Position numbers and translations under genes: made by a program. This document shows positions 42,749-53,514 of a stretch of 64,000 nucleotides of DNA, piece by piece. The notes under the pieces were generated by a model, which saw nothing but the letters and a program-made list of their open reading frames with translations, did not search any database and had not been told where the DNA came from. The stretch is from Albugo candida. Lineage: Eukaryota. The first letter of the stretch is position 1; each line of letters opens with the position of its first letter. Location of the stretch: contig JBDOQK010000014.1 in NCBI GenBank assembly GCA_040437565.1, forward strand, positions 1-64,000. Reading direction: 5' to 3'.

Positions 42749-44551
42749 ATGTCAAAATTCTACCATCAGGCTCAACTTCCGCCTAGTAATGTAATTGACG
42801 CGATCCACTCCGACTATCAATTAAAACAGATCACAAAATGGGATGGTAAATGTAATTTCCATCTCTATGAATATGGCTTAAAAATCAAGACGATCGATAA
42901 GACGTTACACTGCGCTGTTTCTTCCTTGAACGAGTGGAATCAATGGATGCAGCTTATCGGCGTACCCCTCGATAACCTATTACGCAATCCTTCTATCTCT
43001 CCACAGAAAAATAACGCCGATAAAGCGTCACAAAGTGCTCACGAAGCGCGCTCTTCCGCTTCATTCCAGCGATCGTCCAGTGAGTCTCATCGACGACTCA
43101 TTGACTCAGTATTAACTATTGAGGACATTCCCTCAAATGAGTGGGAATCGTACTCTCCAGGTGGCGCGATGGAAGAGTACAAGCGATCTTCTCCGCTCAA
43201 TTTCGATTACGAGCAAGTGGATCCGTCTTTGTTACTTGATGAAGATCTCTTGACTTCTAAAAACAAACGAGAGAATCGTTTTCAATCCGAACCGATGGCA
43301 AGCGATGAATTCCTTTTTGAGGACACCCTCACGAGCTTCCCTTCACTTTTGGCTGAGAAAATGGAAAGTCATAAAGAAAAAAGCGTCAAAGAATCGAAAA
43401 ATCTCATCGATTCATCCGATAGCGAGCAGGAAGACTACGTAGTACAGCGGGATAGCGTTGATTTGGATCTGGAAATGCATGCAAAAAGAGAGATTGCGGG
43501 TCGGTTAGCAATGAGGGAAAAGCAAAGACGATCGCGAGAACGCGCTCTAAAGCTCGAATCCAATCGCAACACATATGCGGAATTAGCTGCTGCTCGCCTC
43601 CGATCAGTTCGAAAAGAAGCCCGACAGTCCAACAAAGCGGTACCCGTCGTACGAGATGAAAGTGGGGGCGATATCGCTTCCAGAAGCGACAAAGGCGAGT
43701 CAATTGCGTCGATGGACGCACACGAACTCGAACTGTTTGAAAATCTCGCGTCTGTGAGTGTAATGGACGACGAAATCGCTCCAATGTACAGCGAAAGCGG
43801 TGTGATCGAAGGCTTAGAGCGCATAAAGAGCAAAAACCGATCAGAGATGCAGCAAAAGACTGAGCAATTGGAAGCGAAAAGAAAGAAAAAAGAAATGCGT
43901 AAGAAAAAAAAAGAAAAAGAATTGGAAATGAAAATGAAAATGGCGGAAGAACTTTTATTACAAGAAAAACGATTGAGAAATGAGGAAAAACGGAAGCGGA
44001 AGGAAAAACGCATTGAAAATGCGAAAGCTTTAGCACATTCGAAAAAATCCGATGCAAAACGGAAAGAGATGGAAAAGCTTTCTTTGGCCGAGCGGTTGCG
44101 TCATAATCACAATGAGAAATCACGTGGCGTCGAGGAATCGGCTTTGGCATTGGTGAGCGATTCAAAGACGTCTTCGGACCCCATCGAGCTCCATGAGATA
44201 TCATCCGGCGGACACGTTTCCAATCCAATCGGAACTGCGCCATTCGAACCGCAGACGTCAACGGTTTCGGGTTTAATGCATCATGCGATGTTTCCTGGTG
44301 CGATGACATATCCGTATTATCCACCTGCATGGATGCCTGTTCCTTTGGGTGTCGGTATGCCGTATGGATACCCATTCATATATCCATCGCATCATCAGCC
44401 TCCAATGTGGTCGGTGCCACAGACGGAAGAGAATCTCGTTTACGGACCGCATTTACCCGATGTAAGACCACAGTCTGCATCACCGAAAGAGACGAAGAAC
44501 GACTCCAATGCATCTGTGCTTCCCGAGTTGCCCGATGTCGTGCAATTTTGA
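42749..44551 (+). CDS. Hypothetical protein: partial PH-like domain, K/E-rich coiled coil, Pro/Tyr-rich tail; 5' exons probably lost in gap
   Basis: 600-aa ORF. YGLKIKTIDKTLHCAVSSLNEWNQWMQLI resembles the C-terminal half of a PH domain. Confidence 0.65.
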   Translation: MSKFYHQAQLPPSNVIDAIHSDYQLKQITKWDGKCNFHLYEYGLKIKTIDKTLHCAVSSLNEWNQWMQLIGVPLDNLLRNPSISPQKNNADKASQSAHEARSSASFQRSSSESHRRLIDSVLTIEDIPSNEWESYSPGGAMEEYKRSSPLNFDYEQVDPSLLLDEDLLTSKNKRENRFQSEPMASDEFLFEDTLTSFPSLLAEKMESHKEKSVKESKNLIDSSDSEQEDYVVQRDSVDLDLEMHAKREIAGRLAMREKQRRSRERALKLESNRNTYAELAAARLRSVRKEARQSNKAVPVVRDESGGDIASRSDKGESIASMDAHELELFENLASVSVMDDEIAPMYSESGVIEGLERIKSKNRSEMQQKTEQLEAKRKKKEMRKKKKEKELEMKMKMAEELLLQEKRLRNEEKRKRKEKRIENAKALAHSKKSDAKRKEMEKLSLAERLRHNHNEKSRGVEESALALVSDSKTSSDPIELHEISSGGHVSNPIGTAPFEPQTSTVSGLMHHAMFPGAMTYPYYPPAWMPVPLGVGMPYGYPFIYPSHHQPPMWSVPQTEENLVYGPHLPDVRPQSASPKETKNDSNASVLPELPDVVQF

Positions 44552-44574
44552 TGCGTTGATTTGGAGAATCATAA

Positions 44575-46434
44575 TCACCACCGAAAATGGACGGAATCGT
44601 GCTGCATGGATGGCTTCATCGTTTTGGCGCCTTTGCCGAAAGTGCAATTGGAAAGCGATTGACTGGATGACGGGATCTCGGTGGATTTCTCATACTTGTG
44701 ATCCGATACCTTTTGATCGAGTGTGACTGTCTGTATCAACTCCAGCAAATGGGTTGTGAGCTGTGCTGCCGGCAAATGCTTGTTGACAAGATAGACAAAT
44801 TTGAGATCTTGGAAGCGTTCTGACGTCGGATAGATGAGGTAGCGAAGCACTTGAGCGTGTTCGGTGCTCAAAAGACCGATTTTCTCCAAAGAGCAGAATT
44901 GGATGTACATTTCTCGTCGGATGCTAAAGTGCAAGTCATTAAAGTTGTCACATTTTGCACTGATCGGTTTATCGGTTGCATTCCACGCGCTTTCGCCGAT
45001 TTGATGTTCCGGGAAGAGCTCTGATCCATTACGCTCGGGTTTTAAGGATGTGGAATGACCATAGGAAATGCTTACTTTCGGGTTGTCCGAGCGGATGGAC
45101 TGAGTTGCAACTTCCCGCAAGATATCGAACGCGCTAAAGGCTGTATCGTATAAAGGTTTCGAGACACTTTCAGTAACTTTGCAAGCTGCTGCTGGTACTG
45201 TAGAAAATGCTGCTTCTTCAAAAAGCGATTGGTAAGCGTCGCCATACTTTAGCGGTTCTTGAGCATTCACTGTGAGTATTTCCGGCTTGATGACTATAAC
45301 ACTCTGTTCAGAATCGTTACTACAAGCGCTTCCGGCTGTATCTGAAGACGGCAAACCCTCTGTCTGTATCACATTTTCCGTCGAGCTTTGTGCACACGTG
45401 TGAAGAAGTCTTAAAAGCGAATGACTGGTTGCCGATTGCCCTGCTTGCATCACATTTAATTTTGTCATGTGGTCTCTCATGTTGTTGGCAGCTTTACTTG
45501 AAAGCTGTCGCTTCCGCTTTTTGGTCTTTCGCTTTAAACCGTTCCCTTGAGTACGTATCGCATCATCGCGTTCCAAAGCGGACACTTTGTGGTTCGGTTC
45601 CTCCGCCTCGCTTTCCACACTCTGTGTGTTGCTGTTCGCATTCTGCTGATCACAAATCGATTTCCGAGGATACATGCTTTCTTCCATCGTTTCAACAATC
45701 CCAGTACGATGATACTCGGCTGCATATTCGACACAAGTCGGACAAACGTACAGTGCATCCTTCGATCGTCCCGTGCTCTTGATTGAAGGTAAGCACCCGA
45801 TATGAAACCAACGATTGCAGCAGTCACACGCCAAACTCTCATTGATTCGCTCATCGTCCATCGCATACCAATCATCAAAGGTCTTGCTCCAACGCGAAAA
45901 ATGAATTTTAACTCGATCTCGAATGGGATCCATTTGAGTGACGATGGAATTATAAAGCATATCGTTCGCTTCCACCAGCACAGCTTGATTCAGATGATAT
46001 CCTCGCTTTTTCGCATCTCGATCATTCTCCACGACGCATAAATTGAATGGTTTCTTGCACTCCCCGCAATAATTCGAATGATCCGTCCGCAATTCCATTC
46101 GTTTTCGGCCTTCTTCCGTATCGGTATCGCAATTGTAGCAACAGAAATCGCTGTACAGAGCCTCCGTATCACATTTCTCCAATGATACATTCTCATTTTC
46201 CATCGCCGCACATTCGAAATGGAATCCTCGCCCGCACCAATCGCAAAAAATATGGCATTCATTTTGACCGCAAGAAATGCATTTCCGTTGTGCTCGTTGC
46301 ACTTTGATGAATGTACAGACCACACACACGAAATCGTTTCCATTAGCTGCGATTTTGAGCGTTGTGACGCATTTTTCACATTCTTTCGCCAATGGCGCAG
46401 CATTACGGCCAACAGATTTCTTTTCTTTGCTCAT
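44575..46434 (-). CDS. Chromatin reader with two PHD fingers, the second interrupted by a chromo-barrel/Tudor-like domain; basic NLS; ~619 aa
   Basis: PHD1 reads CISC..CDWCGRGFHFEC..CYNC. PHD2 reads CGEC-(76 aa)-CDCCNRWFHIGC..YVCPTC, and the insert contains VKIHFSRWSKTFDDWY. A basic KRKTKKRKR stretch follows. The first ATG is at 46434. Confidence 0.8.
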   Translation of the reverse strand: MSKEKKSVGRNAAPLAKECEKCVTTLKIAANGNDFVCVVCTFIKVQRAQRKCISCGQNECHIFCDWCGRGFHFECAAMENENVSLEKCDTEALYSDFCCYNCDTDTEEGRKRMELRTDHSNYCGECKKPFNLCVVENDRDAKKRGYHLNQAVLVEANDMLYNSIVTQMDPIRDRVKIHFSRWSKTFDDWYAMDDERINESLACDCCNRWFHIGCLPSIKSTGRSKDALYVCPTCVEYAAEYHRTGIVETMEESMYPRKSICDQQNANSNTQSVESEAEEPNHKVSALERDDAIRTQGNGLKRKTKKRKRQLSSKAANNMRDHMTKLNVMQAGQSATSHSLLRLLHTCAQSSTENVIQTEGLPSSDTAGSACSNDSEQSVIVIKPEILTVNAQEPLKYGDAYQSLFEEAAFSTVPAAACKVTESVSKPLYDTAFSAFDILREVATQSIRSDNPKVSISYGHSTSLKPERNGSELFPEHQIGESAWNATDKPISAKCDNFNDLHFSIRREMYIQFCSLEKIGLLSTEHAQVLRYLIYPTSERFQDLKFVYLVNKHLPAAQLTTHLLELIQTVTLDQKVSDHKYEKSTEIPSSSQSLSNCTFGKGAKTMKPSMQHDSVHFRW

Positions 46435-47128
46435 AAATGATAATTTGATAAAAAGGAGTGATTGTGGTCGGCGGATACAAAAGACGCAAAACGCGTTCAA
46501 TTCAAAATCGCCACGAACGAAAAAGAAATGTGTCCGCTTTCATAATTCGATAAAAATGCGTTTCAAGCATATCCCAATTTAACCAATCACATAACAGATA
46601 TTTGTAGCCAATCATATCGTGGGTAATAGTGAATGTACCTGACGCAAATTTTGGGCAGAACCGACACTTTACATCCATTGACTTTGTATCCACCGCTTTA
46701 AGCACAGATCCGTCAATGACCCTCCATCCTTTCGCGTCGCTACATGCGCGTCTTTTGATCGATTGTGTCACGTCATGAAAGCGCAGGTTTTGATCTCTTT
46801 CCTTTGGAAAAAGCGCATTTTCAAAAAGAGTTTCTTACAAAAATTCAATTGTCCAACTGTGTAACCCTTACCCTTCCCTGGATCGTGATTAGGGATATAA
46901 AATTTGAGCTGTTTTTAGATTTTGGATTCCATAAAATTCGAAGAATCTGATGCCACTGCACTCGAATAGAGCACCGTCTACTATGTAAATGTCTGTTAGC
47001 ACCAACATGGTGTTGTCCATTGTTTCATGCATCCTTGCTTTGTGGTATTTCCAGGATACACCACACGAATTCAGATACCGGACGCTTCTTACGATAAAAA
47101 GCTCCACAATCGCGTCTGATTCTCATCA

Positions 47129-49715
47129 ATGTATCCTTCTCAAGCAGGATCCATGGGAGGCCAAGGACTCCCTTCGTATCCGCCACACGGCTCTCAGCCA
47201 CATCCGCATCCTAATCAAAGCTATCCGCCCTCTGGAGCGCCACCTCCTCGAGGCGGTAATAATTATTTCAGCGACAAGAAGAAGGGCGAGGTGAATGAGC
47301 TGAAAAACGTACGCAGACCTCTTCTTCTCATAAAACCACCTCTTTTATTCCCATTAACCCTTTCAATACTCGTAGCTCTTACGCGAAGTTACGGTTGAGA
47401 AAGATATCAAACGCAAACGCGAAATCATCAAAAAAGTGATAGCATACATGACTCTCGGCATCGATGTATCTCGTTTATTCAGTGAAATGGTCTTATGCGT
47501 CGATACAAAGGACCTTATCACGAAGAAAATGGTTTATTTATACCTTACCAATTACGCCAATAAGAATTCCGAGCTTGCGATTATGTGTATCAACACACTA
47601 CTTAACGATTGGTATGTCCTACTCCACACTAATCTAGGCCAATACTAACCTTATTCTAGTCGAAACGAGGATCCAATGGTCCGGGGCCTCGCATTGCGCT
47701 CTCTGTGCTCTCTCCGTCTCGACTCGATCCTCGAATACATCCACGACCCTCTCCAGCAATCCCTCACGGACGTCAGTGCGTATGTCCGCAAAACGGGCGT
47801 CATAGGGATTCTCAAAGTCCATGCAATGAACCCCGAGCTCATCAAAGACAGCGATATGATCGACACGCTGTACAATATGATCCGAGACCGTGATCCTCAG
47901 GTCGTATCGAATTGCCTCGTTGCACTTAATGAGATAATGGCTGACGAGGGCGGAATTGCAATCAATGAGCAGATCGTAATGCATCTCCTGAGCCGAATTA
48001 CCGACTTTAACGAGTGGGGACAATGCAATATCCTCCATATCGTCGCAAGGTACAAGCCCAATAGTGACGAGCAAGTCTTTGCGATCATGAACACACTGGA
48101 ACAATGTCTTCGTGTGAGCAACAGTGCGGTGGTATTGGGCACTACAAATTGTTTCTTCCGGCTGACGGAGCGTATGGATCATCTCCAAGACCAAGTCTAC
48201 GAACGAATGCGTCAACCTCTTTTGACATTGATGGCTGCAGGCAGTCACGAATTGAATTTCTGCGTTCTGCATCATATTCTGCTTATGGTCGGAAGGAAAG
48301 CGCATGTGTTTAGTCGAGATTATCGCCAATTTTACAATCGATACAATGAGCCCACACACGTGAAATACGTCAAAATTGAGATATTATCTGCGATTGCTGA
48401 CGCTGGAAACGTTCAAGACATCATCATGGAACTCAGCGAGTACGTGACGGATGTGGATCAGGAGCTAGCAAGACGATCAATTCGCGCGATTGCCGATATT
48501 GCGGTCAGTAACAACTTTCGTGTGTGTCCTCCGCCGCCGGGACAGCCCGGGACGCCCGAATACGATATGCACAACATGGAAGCCGCACAACACGCCATGT
48601 CTACGATGCAGGATCAGATCATGGACACAATGGTGGAATTCCTTGAAATGAATTTGAATTACGTTCGCGATGAAAGTTTGGTTGTGATGAAAGATTTATT
48701 GCGAAAGTATCCGGAAAGACGACATGAAACACTGCACGTTCTCGCTCGAATTATCAATTCGGTGGAACAAGCGGAAGCCAAAGCGGCGATTGTGTGGATG
48801 ATTGGAGAATTCGGTCAGGATATGCGTCGCGCTCCGTACATTTTAGAGAAGCGTGTGGACGACTTTATCGAAGAGACCTGTCCATTAGTGCAATTGGAGC
48901 TGCTTACGACGACATTAAAGCTGTTTTTCAAACGTCCACCCGAGATGCAGAGTATCCTCGGACGGCTATTACAAGCAGCAATCTCCGATTCCACGCATCA
49001 AGACGTCCGTGATCGTGCATTATTATATTATCGCTTGTTGGAACAGCACGAGCAAGCAGCGTTGATTGTCGCACAATTCAAAACAAATGAACCGATCGAT
49101 GTGTTTGCGGAAACGATTGAAACTGATGTGAAGGAGAAACTCTTTCGAGATTTCAATACGCTCGCAATTGTGTACGGGAAGCCCAGTGAGATGTTTATTT
49201 CCTCGTCCCATTTACAGCCTGTCGCGTTGCCACACGACCAAAGCGAGTCCTCAGACGAGGAAGAGGAACAAGACGACGTCGAGTACGCACCCGAGACTCT
49301 GATGCAGCCTCCTCCAAAGCCTCAGGCCACGCAGACGACCGATCTTCTCGATATGGAATTTGTGCCTGTGACATCGATTTCACTCGTTCGAAATCCGTCG
49401 ATGGACGCAGGAACGTTCCAAGCGAAATGGACGACGTACCCGATCATCGGTCAGATTTCCGTGCAATTGAAAGCATTGGTACCGCAATGCGAAATGGAGC
49501 AAACATTTGGCTGTGGCGGCATTTACACAATGGCGTCAGGCGATGTGGGAATGCAATACAAATTCTTCTTTTACGCGCAAGACGATCGCGGTCGCTTCTA
49601 TTTCGCAGAGACAGTAATCGACAAAGCTCAGAAGCGTTTGGACGCCACTATCAAAGGCGAGGATCCCAACGATGGAAACGCATTCGTCCAATTGTTTCAG
49701 AGTCAAATTTGTTAA
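47129..49715 (+). CDS. AP4B1: AP-4 adaptor complex beta subunit; introns 47309-47375 and ~47612-47659
   Basis: Motifs KKGEVNELK, KKVIAYMTLGIDVSRLFSEM, DPMVRGLALRSLCSLR, LFFKRPPE and DVRDRALLYYRLL are present, with a short appendage domain. These fit AP-4 beta better than AP-1/2 beta. Confidence 0.88.
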
Positions 49716-49776
49716 CGCAATAGAACAATTTGCTTTTTGCGTTCCACAACACGACATCTAAGGTACACATTGATTT

Positions 49777-51459
49777 CTACGCGCATGTTTGCAGCATACT
49801 CGTTCCAAATTCGCGAATTCCACGATGCATCAGCGCAGGAGTGTCTTCAATGAACAACATCGCCATTCCAGTCTCCAGATGCCATTCGATATGACAATGA
49901 AGGATCCAAGTGCCGGGGTTATCTGTTTGGAGGCGAAGAACGACGTACCCGCGATCCAAACATCCATTTGTTGCGTTGAACGTGCACGCCGGAAGTGTGA
50001 ATACATCGCGTCGGATTGGATTCAGGAGATTCAGTGAGGACGAAGGGATCGGTTGGGATCGATTGGAAGCATTCACATCGATGAGACCGCTTCCAAGGAC
50101 ATAGGGAGTGTGGCCGTGAAGATGGAATGGATGCTCTGCGGGACTATTGTTCAAAATGACGATTTCGGTGTGTCGATGCGGCACAAATACAAAGGGATTC
50201 AATGTGGTTGGAAATGTGGTCTTCCCATTCGCAATGTCGAAAAGCGTTGGCGTTGGCGGCACGAGAAATGTCTCGTAAGGACTTTGATTGATGGATGCAT
50301 ACCCGCGAGTGACAGGATCCCCTTGGAGTGCTGCGAGTGTGAATTCCACAGTCATACGCTCCTGAGGATTCGTTGGAAGGATTTCCCGTGTCATTGGAAT
50401 AAAATCGAGATCGCTCGATACGGTGAGAATGGAATTCCATTCCGTGGAAGTCGGTTCGATCATGGAGAAATCGCATTTCGTGGCGGAATACTCCAAAATG
50501 GCGAGACCGTTGGGATTGAATCCGTTTGGGAATTGATTCAAAGGAAGTGAAGTGAATGGGGATCCAAAAAGCGATTTCGCTCGTATCCAAAATCGATCAT
50601 GTATCGAGCCATTCGCGTGAATGAGAATGTCATATCGCTGGCCGATATTGACAGCGAGAGAATTGATGGGTTTGGATGGCTGAACGGGGAAGCCATCGAT
50701 CTCAATGACCTGAAACAAGTGCTGATCGATGCTGAAATTGAATGAAGCGAATCCAGCTTGATTGATGAGTCGAAGGCGGTATAAATGCCCAGGAAGGAAT
50801 TGGATTGCAGTCAGCGGCTGTGTCGTATTACACACCGGAAACAGCGTCGGATCGCGTTGGGAGCAGTTGAATTGACCTCGTTCATTGATGAGCACCGTGT
50901 TCCAAACAGGTTTATCGCCGCGAGGATTGATGCTGACATTAGTTGCGTTGGCGATAAGGAGAATGCTTTCCGTGTGATACCAATCGGTCAATTGGAGAAT
51001 GTATTCTCCATCGATTTTTTGCTTCCAAGGCGATGTGTTGTGGATAATTAGCGCTCCACGAAGTCCATCGACATACTGCGCTTTCTCATGACTGTGCCAC
51101 CAATACGTTCCCGGGAATTCTGATGTGAAATTGTAGATGGCTGTGCGTTTGGGTCGAATTGCGCATTGTGTGATGCCGGAAAGCCCGTCCATTTCCGGTG
51201 TGCCTCGCTGAAGAATTCCATGCCAATGAAGACAGATGGATTCATTCAGAGAGTTGTGGGTGTTGACCTGAATCCAATCGCCGAGATCGACTTGGATAAT
51301 GGCTTCTCCGGAAGGTCGACCGTTGATTCCAATGACACTGCGTTGGACTCCGTCAAAGCTCGCGAGGATTCGTGTCACATTCCAATCGAATACAACGACG
51401 CGACAGAAAGCGGTGAGGACGGAAGCGAATAAAAGCACACATTGTAGCTTCATTGTCAC
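49777..51459 (-). CDS. Secreted multicopper oxidase, paralog of 20300-22063; 560 aa
   Basis: A signal peptide and the motifs HWHG, WWHSH, HPFHLHG and HCHIEWHLETGM are present. It shares distinctive segments with the first copy (FDGV.RSVIGING, KPVWNTVLIN, PFTSLP..QFP..FNP.GL). Confidence 0.93.
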   Translation of the reverse strand: MTMKLQCVLLFASVLTAFCRVVVFDWNVTRILASFDGVQRSVIGINGRPSGEAIIQVDLGDWIQVNTHNSLNESICLHWHGILQRGTPEMDGLSGITQCAIRPKRTAIYNFTSEFPGTYWWHSHEKAQYVDGLRGALIIHNTSPWKQKIDGEYILQLTDWYHTESILLIANATNVSINPRGDKPVWNTVLINERGQFNCSQRDPTLFPVCNTTQPLTAIQFLPGHLYRLRLINQAGFASFNFSIDQHLFQVIEIDGFPVQPSKPINSLAVNIGQRYDILIHANGSIHDRFWIRAKSLFGSPFTSLPLNQFPNGFNPNGLAILEYSATKCDFSMIEPTSTEWNSILTVSSDLDFIPMTREILPTNPQERMTVEFTLAALQGDPVTRGYASINQSPYETFLVPPTPTLFDIANGKTTFPTTLNPFVFVPHRHTEIVILNNSPAEHPFHLHGHTPYVLGSGLIDVNASNRSQPIPSSSLNLLNPIRRDVFTLPACTFNATNGCLDRGYVVLRLQTDNPGTWILHCHIEWHLETGMAMLFIEDTPALMHRGIREFGTSMLQTCA

Positions 51460-51582
51460 GAAGAAATGGTTGTGAAGGGATAGCGAGCTTCAGCGATGAG
51501 ACACACAATTGACGGCGATCGACTCCATGCGACAATTACGTTTTTCCGAGTGAGAAGAACAAAGTTTGGGATATTTGTATCG

Positions 51583-52913
51583 TTATCTTTCGACTTGAGA
51601 GCTATACGTTCGATTGACGCGGACGCTTTCTTCAGACATGAGACCGCTTTCCAAGTTTTCGTGATCGATAAGTCGTCGGCATTCCCAGTGGTTTGCATCA
51701 AAGTACACAAAAGCGCCGTTCAATTCGTCAGCTCCATCGATTTCTATAGCGTTCACATAAGCGAATTCAATGCAAAGGTTTTTGATACGTACCCAAACGC
51801 TTTTCCGATGCGAAATCACGCAAATTCGCTCGTTTCAGCCAAATCGAGCGCTCCGAGTGATATCGCCAGCCGCGAGCGTATAACTCCTGCGCCGCATACG
51901 CTTGCACGATGTCTTTGGGCATGGAATAAAACACATAGAAAAGCGTCTCCAGTTGATATTTCACGAAATGATTTGGTTTCATAATCGGCGGATTGTAATA
52001 GCAATTTGGAATCATAAATGGAGGCTCTTTGTCGTCTAACGATGGACTCCACGGCGATGTGAATGTTGCAAATAGCGGCCTGCATTGATTGTTAATAAGC
52101 CAAAACCAATGGGACAATTGCGTCGTACTCGGAAGCATTGAGATCGAGGCCCAACGTCGTGAGGTCGTACGAAATCGTGATATTCGCGCTTTCATTCGGC
52201 CGGACGATAGACTCGAGCATTCCGAGCAAGCCAAAGCGGTGAGTTGTATCCAGGCCGGGGATGTTTTCTCGCGACGCAGGGTGTTTGCGAGAGGAGAAGA
52301 AGGTCTCACCAGTCAGACTGACGGTCGATATGGTCCCCGAGTGCTTGCCTCCTTGTAAACGGTGACTTCCGATCGATTTGCTACCGCTGGGCCGTTTTCC
52401 TCGTTCACTTTTTTCTTGTTTTCCGCCGGGAAAAAGCGCTGGAAAATCTTCTTTTTGGACAACAAATTCGGACGAGCGATAGGATCGTTGCGTCTGCGCG
52501 TCATTGTCCATAGAGAGCATTTGCATTCTGCGAATTTCTCATGAAAAACGTGTTTGAGGGAGAGGAGTGAATGCCTCAAACCTTGATCCCAGCGCCGGGA
52601 ATTCTGATAGATCGGGTGCTAATTTCGATAGTGTGGCGAGCTCTTCGCCTTGAAATCGATTCATAGAGTCTGTCACTGCGCTGTCTAATAGTCCGCTGGA
52701 GTCAGCAGGTGCGTCGAAGAGCTAAAACGAATGGCTGAGAATGTGAGGGAAAAAAATTTAGAGGGTGAGGGAATGGTGGCGTACGAGTGAATTTGACGAC
52801 ATCATTGTGGAATTAAAGTCGGGAAAGACATTTGAGGACGTGGAGAAGTCTGATCCGAGCGTATTCCCGTCGCTTAGTTCGGGAAATGCGAATAAATTGG
52901 ATGAATTCTCCAT
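51583..52913 (-). CDS. NOT2: CCR4-NOT complex subunit NOT2; multi-exon
   Basis: Motifs EFVVQKEDFPAL, RFGLLGML, DLTTLGLDLN and PLFATFTSPW are present, with the NOT-box ETLFYVFYSMPKD..QAYAAQELYARGWRYH and FVYFDANHW. The segments are separated by short GT-AG introns. Confidence 0.88.
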
Positions 52914-53514
52914 ATTTTCATTGAGTATTCCGCCTATTTGAGGGTGTGTGAGGATAGGAGAGAGTGCTTTGAGTGAGTATTTATGTACCGAAATTTTCGC
53001 GTTGGTAGTAATACCGACTTGCGTCAAAGGTTTCCTGTGATGTAGAAGTGGTAAGAGAGTGATAACGGGACGCATACAGTTGATAAAGGATTGTTTGACG
53101 TACCTCGTCTTCTGCGCTTTGGAAATTATCCTTAAAGTATGCTAGTTTGTCTTTAGATGGATCAATCATTATGCTATACTTTTGTGAATCAAGATGATGA
53201 GTCTACACTCTGGGATAAAATATCACAGGTTGTGAATNNNNNNNNNNNNNNNNNNNNNNNNNNNNNNNNNNNNNNNNNNNNNNNNNNNNNNNNNNNNNNN
53301 NNNNNNNNNNNNNNNNNNNNNNNNNNNNNNNNNNNNNGTATCGATTTATAAGGGCACATCATGCTTTCATTCCTCATTGTAAATACCACGCCAATATATA
53401 TCAACTTTACAGGATATATAATACCATTGTCCATGCAACTATAAAGGTCCCATCAGCTCAAATGCGGTCACAAAACGATTTCTTTGCTGTTTGTGGCTGA
53501 CGTTGACGTCCCAA

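Noticed and set aside
43404-44375. 323-aa and 192-aa antisense ORFs
   Set aside because: They are shadows of the K/E-rich plus-strand gene, with F/S/L-rich composition and no motifs. The same holds for most short ORFs overlapping the called genes.
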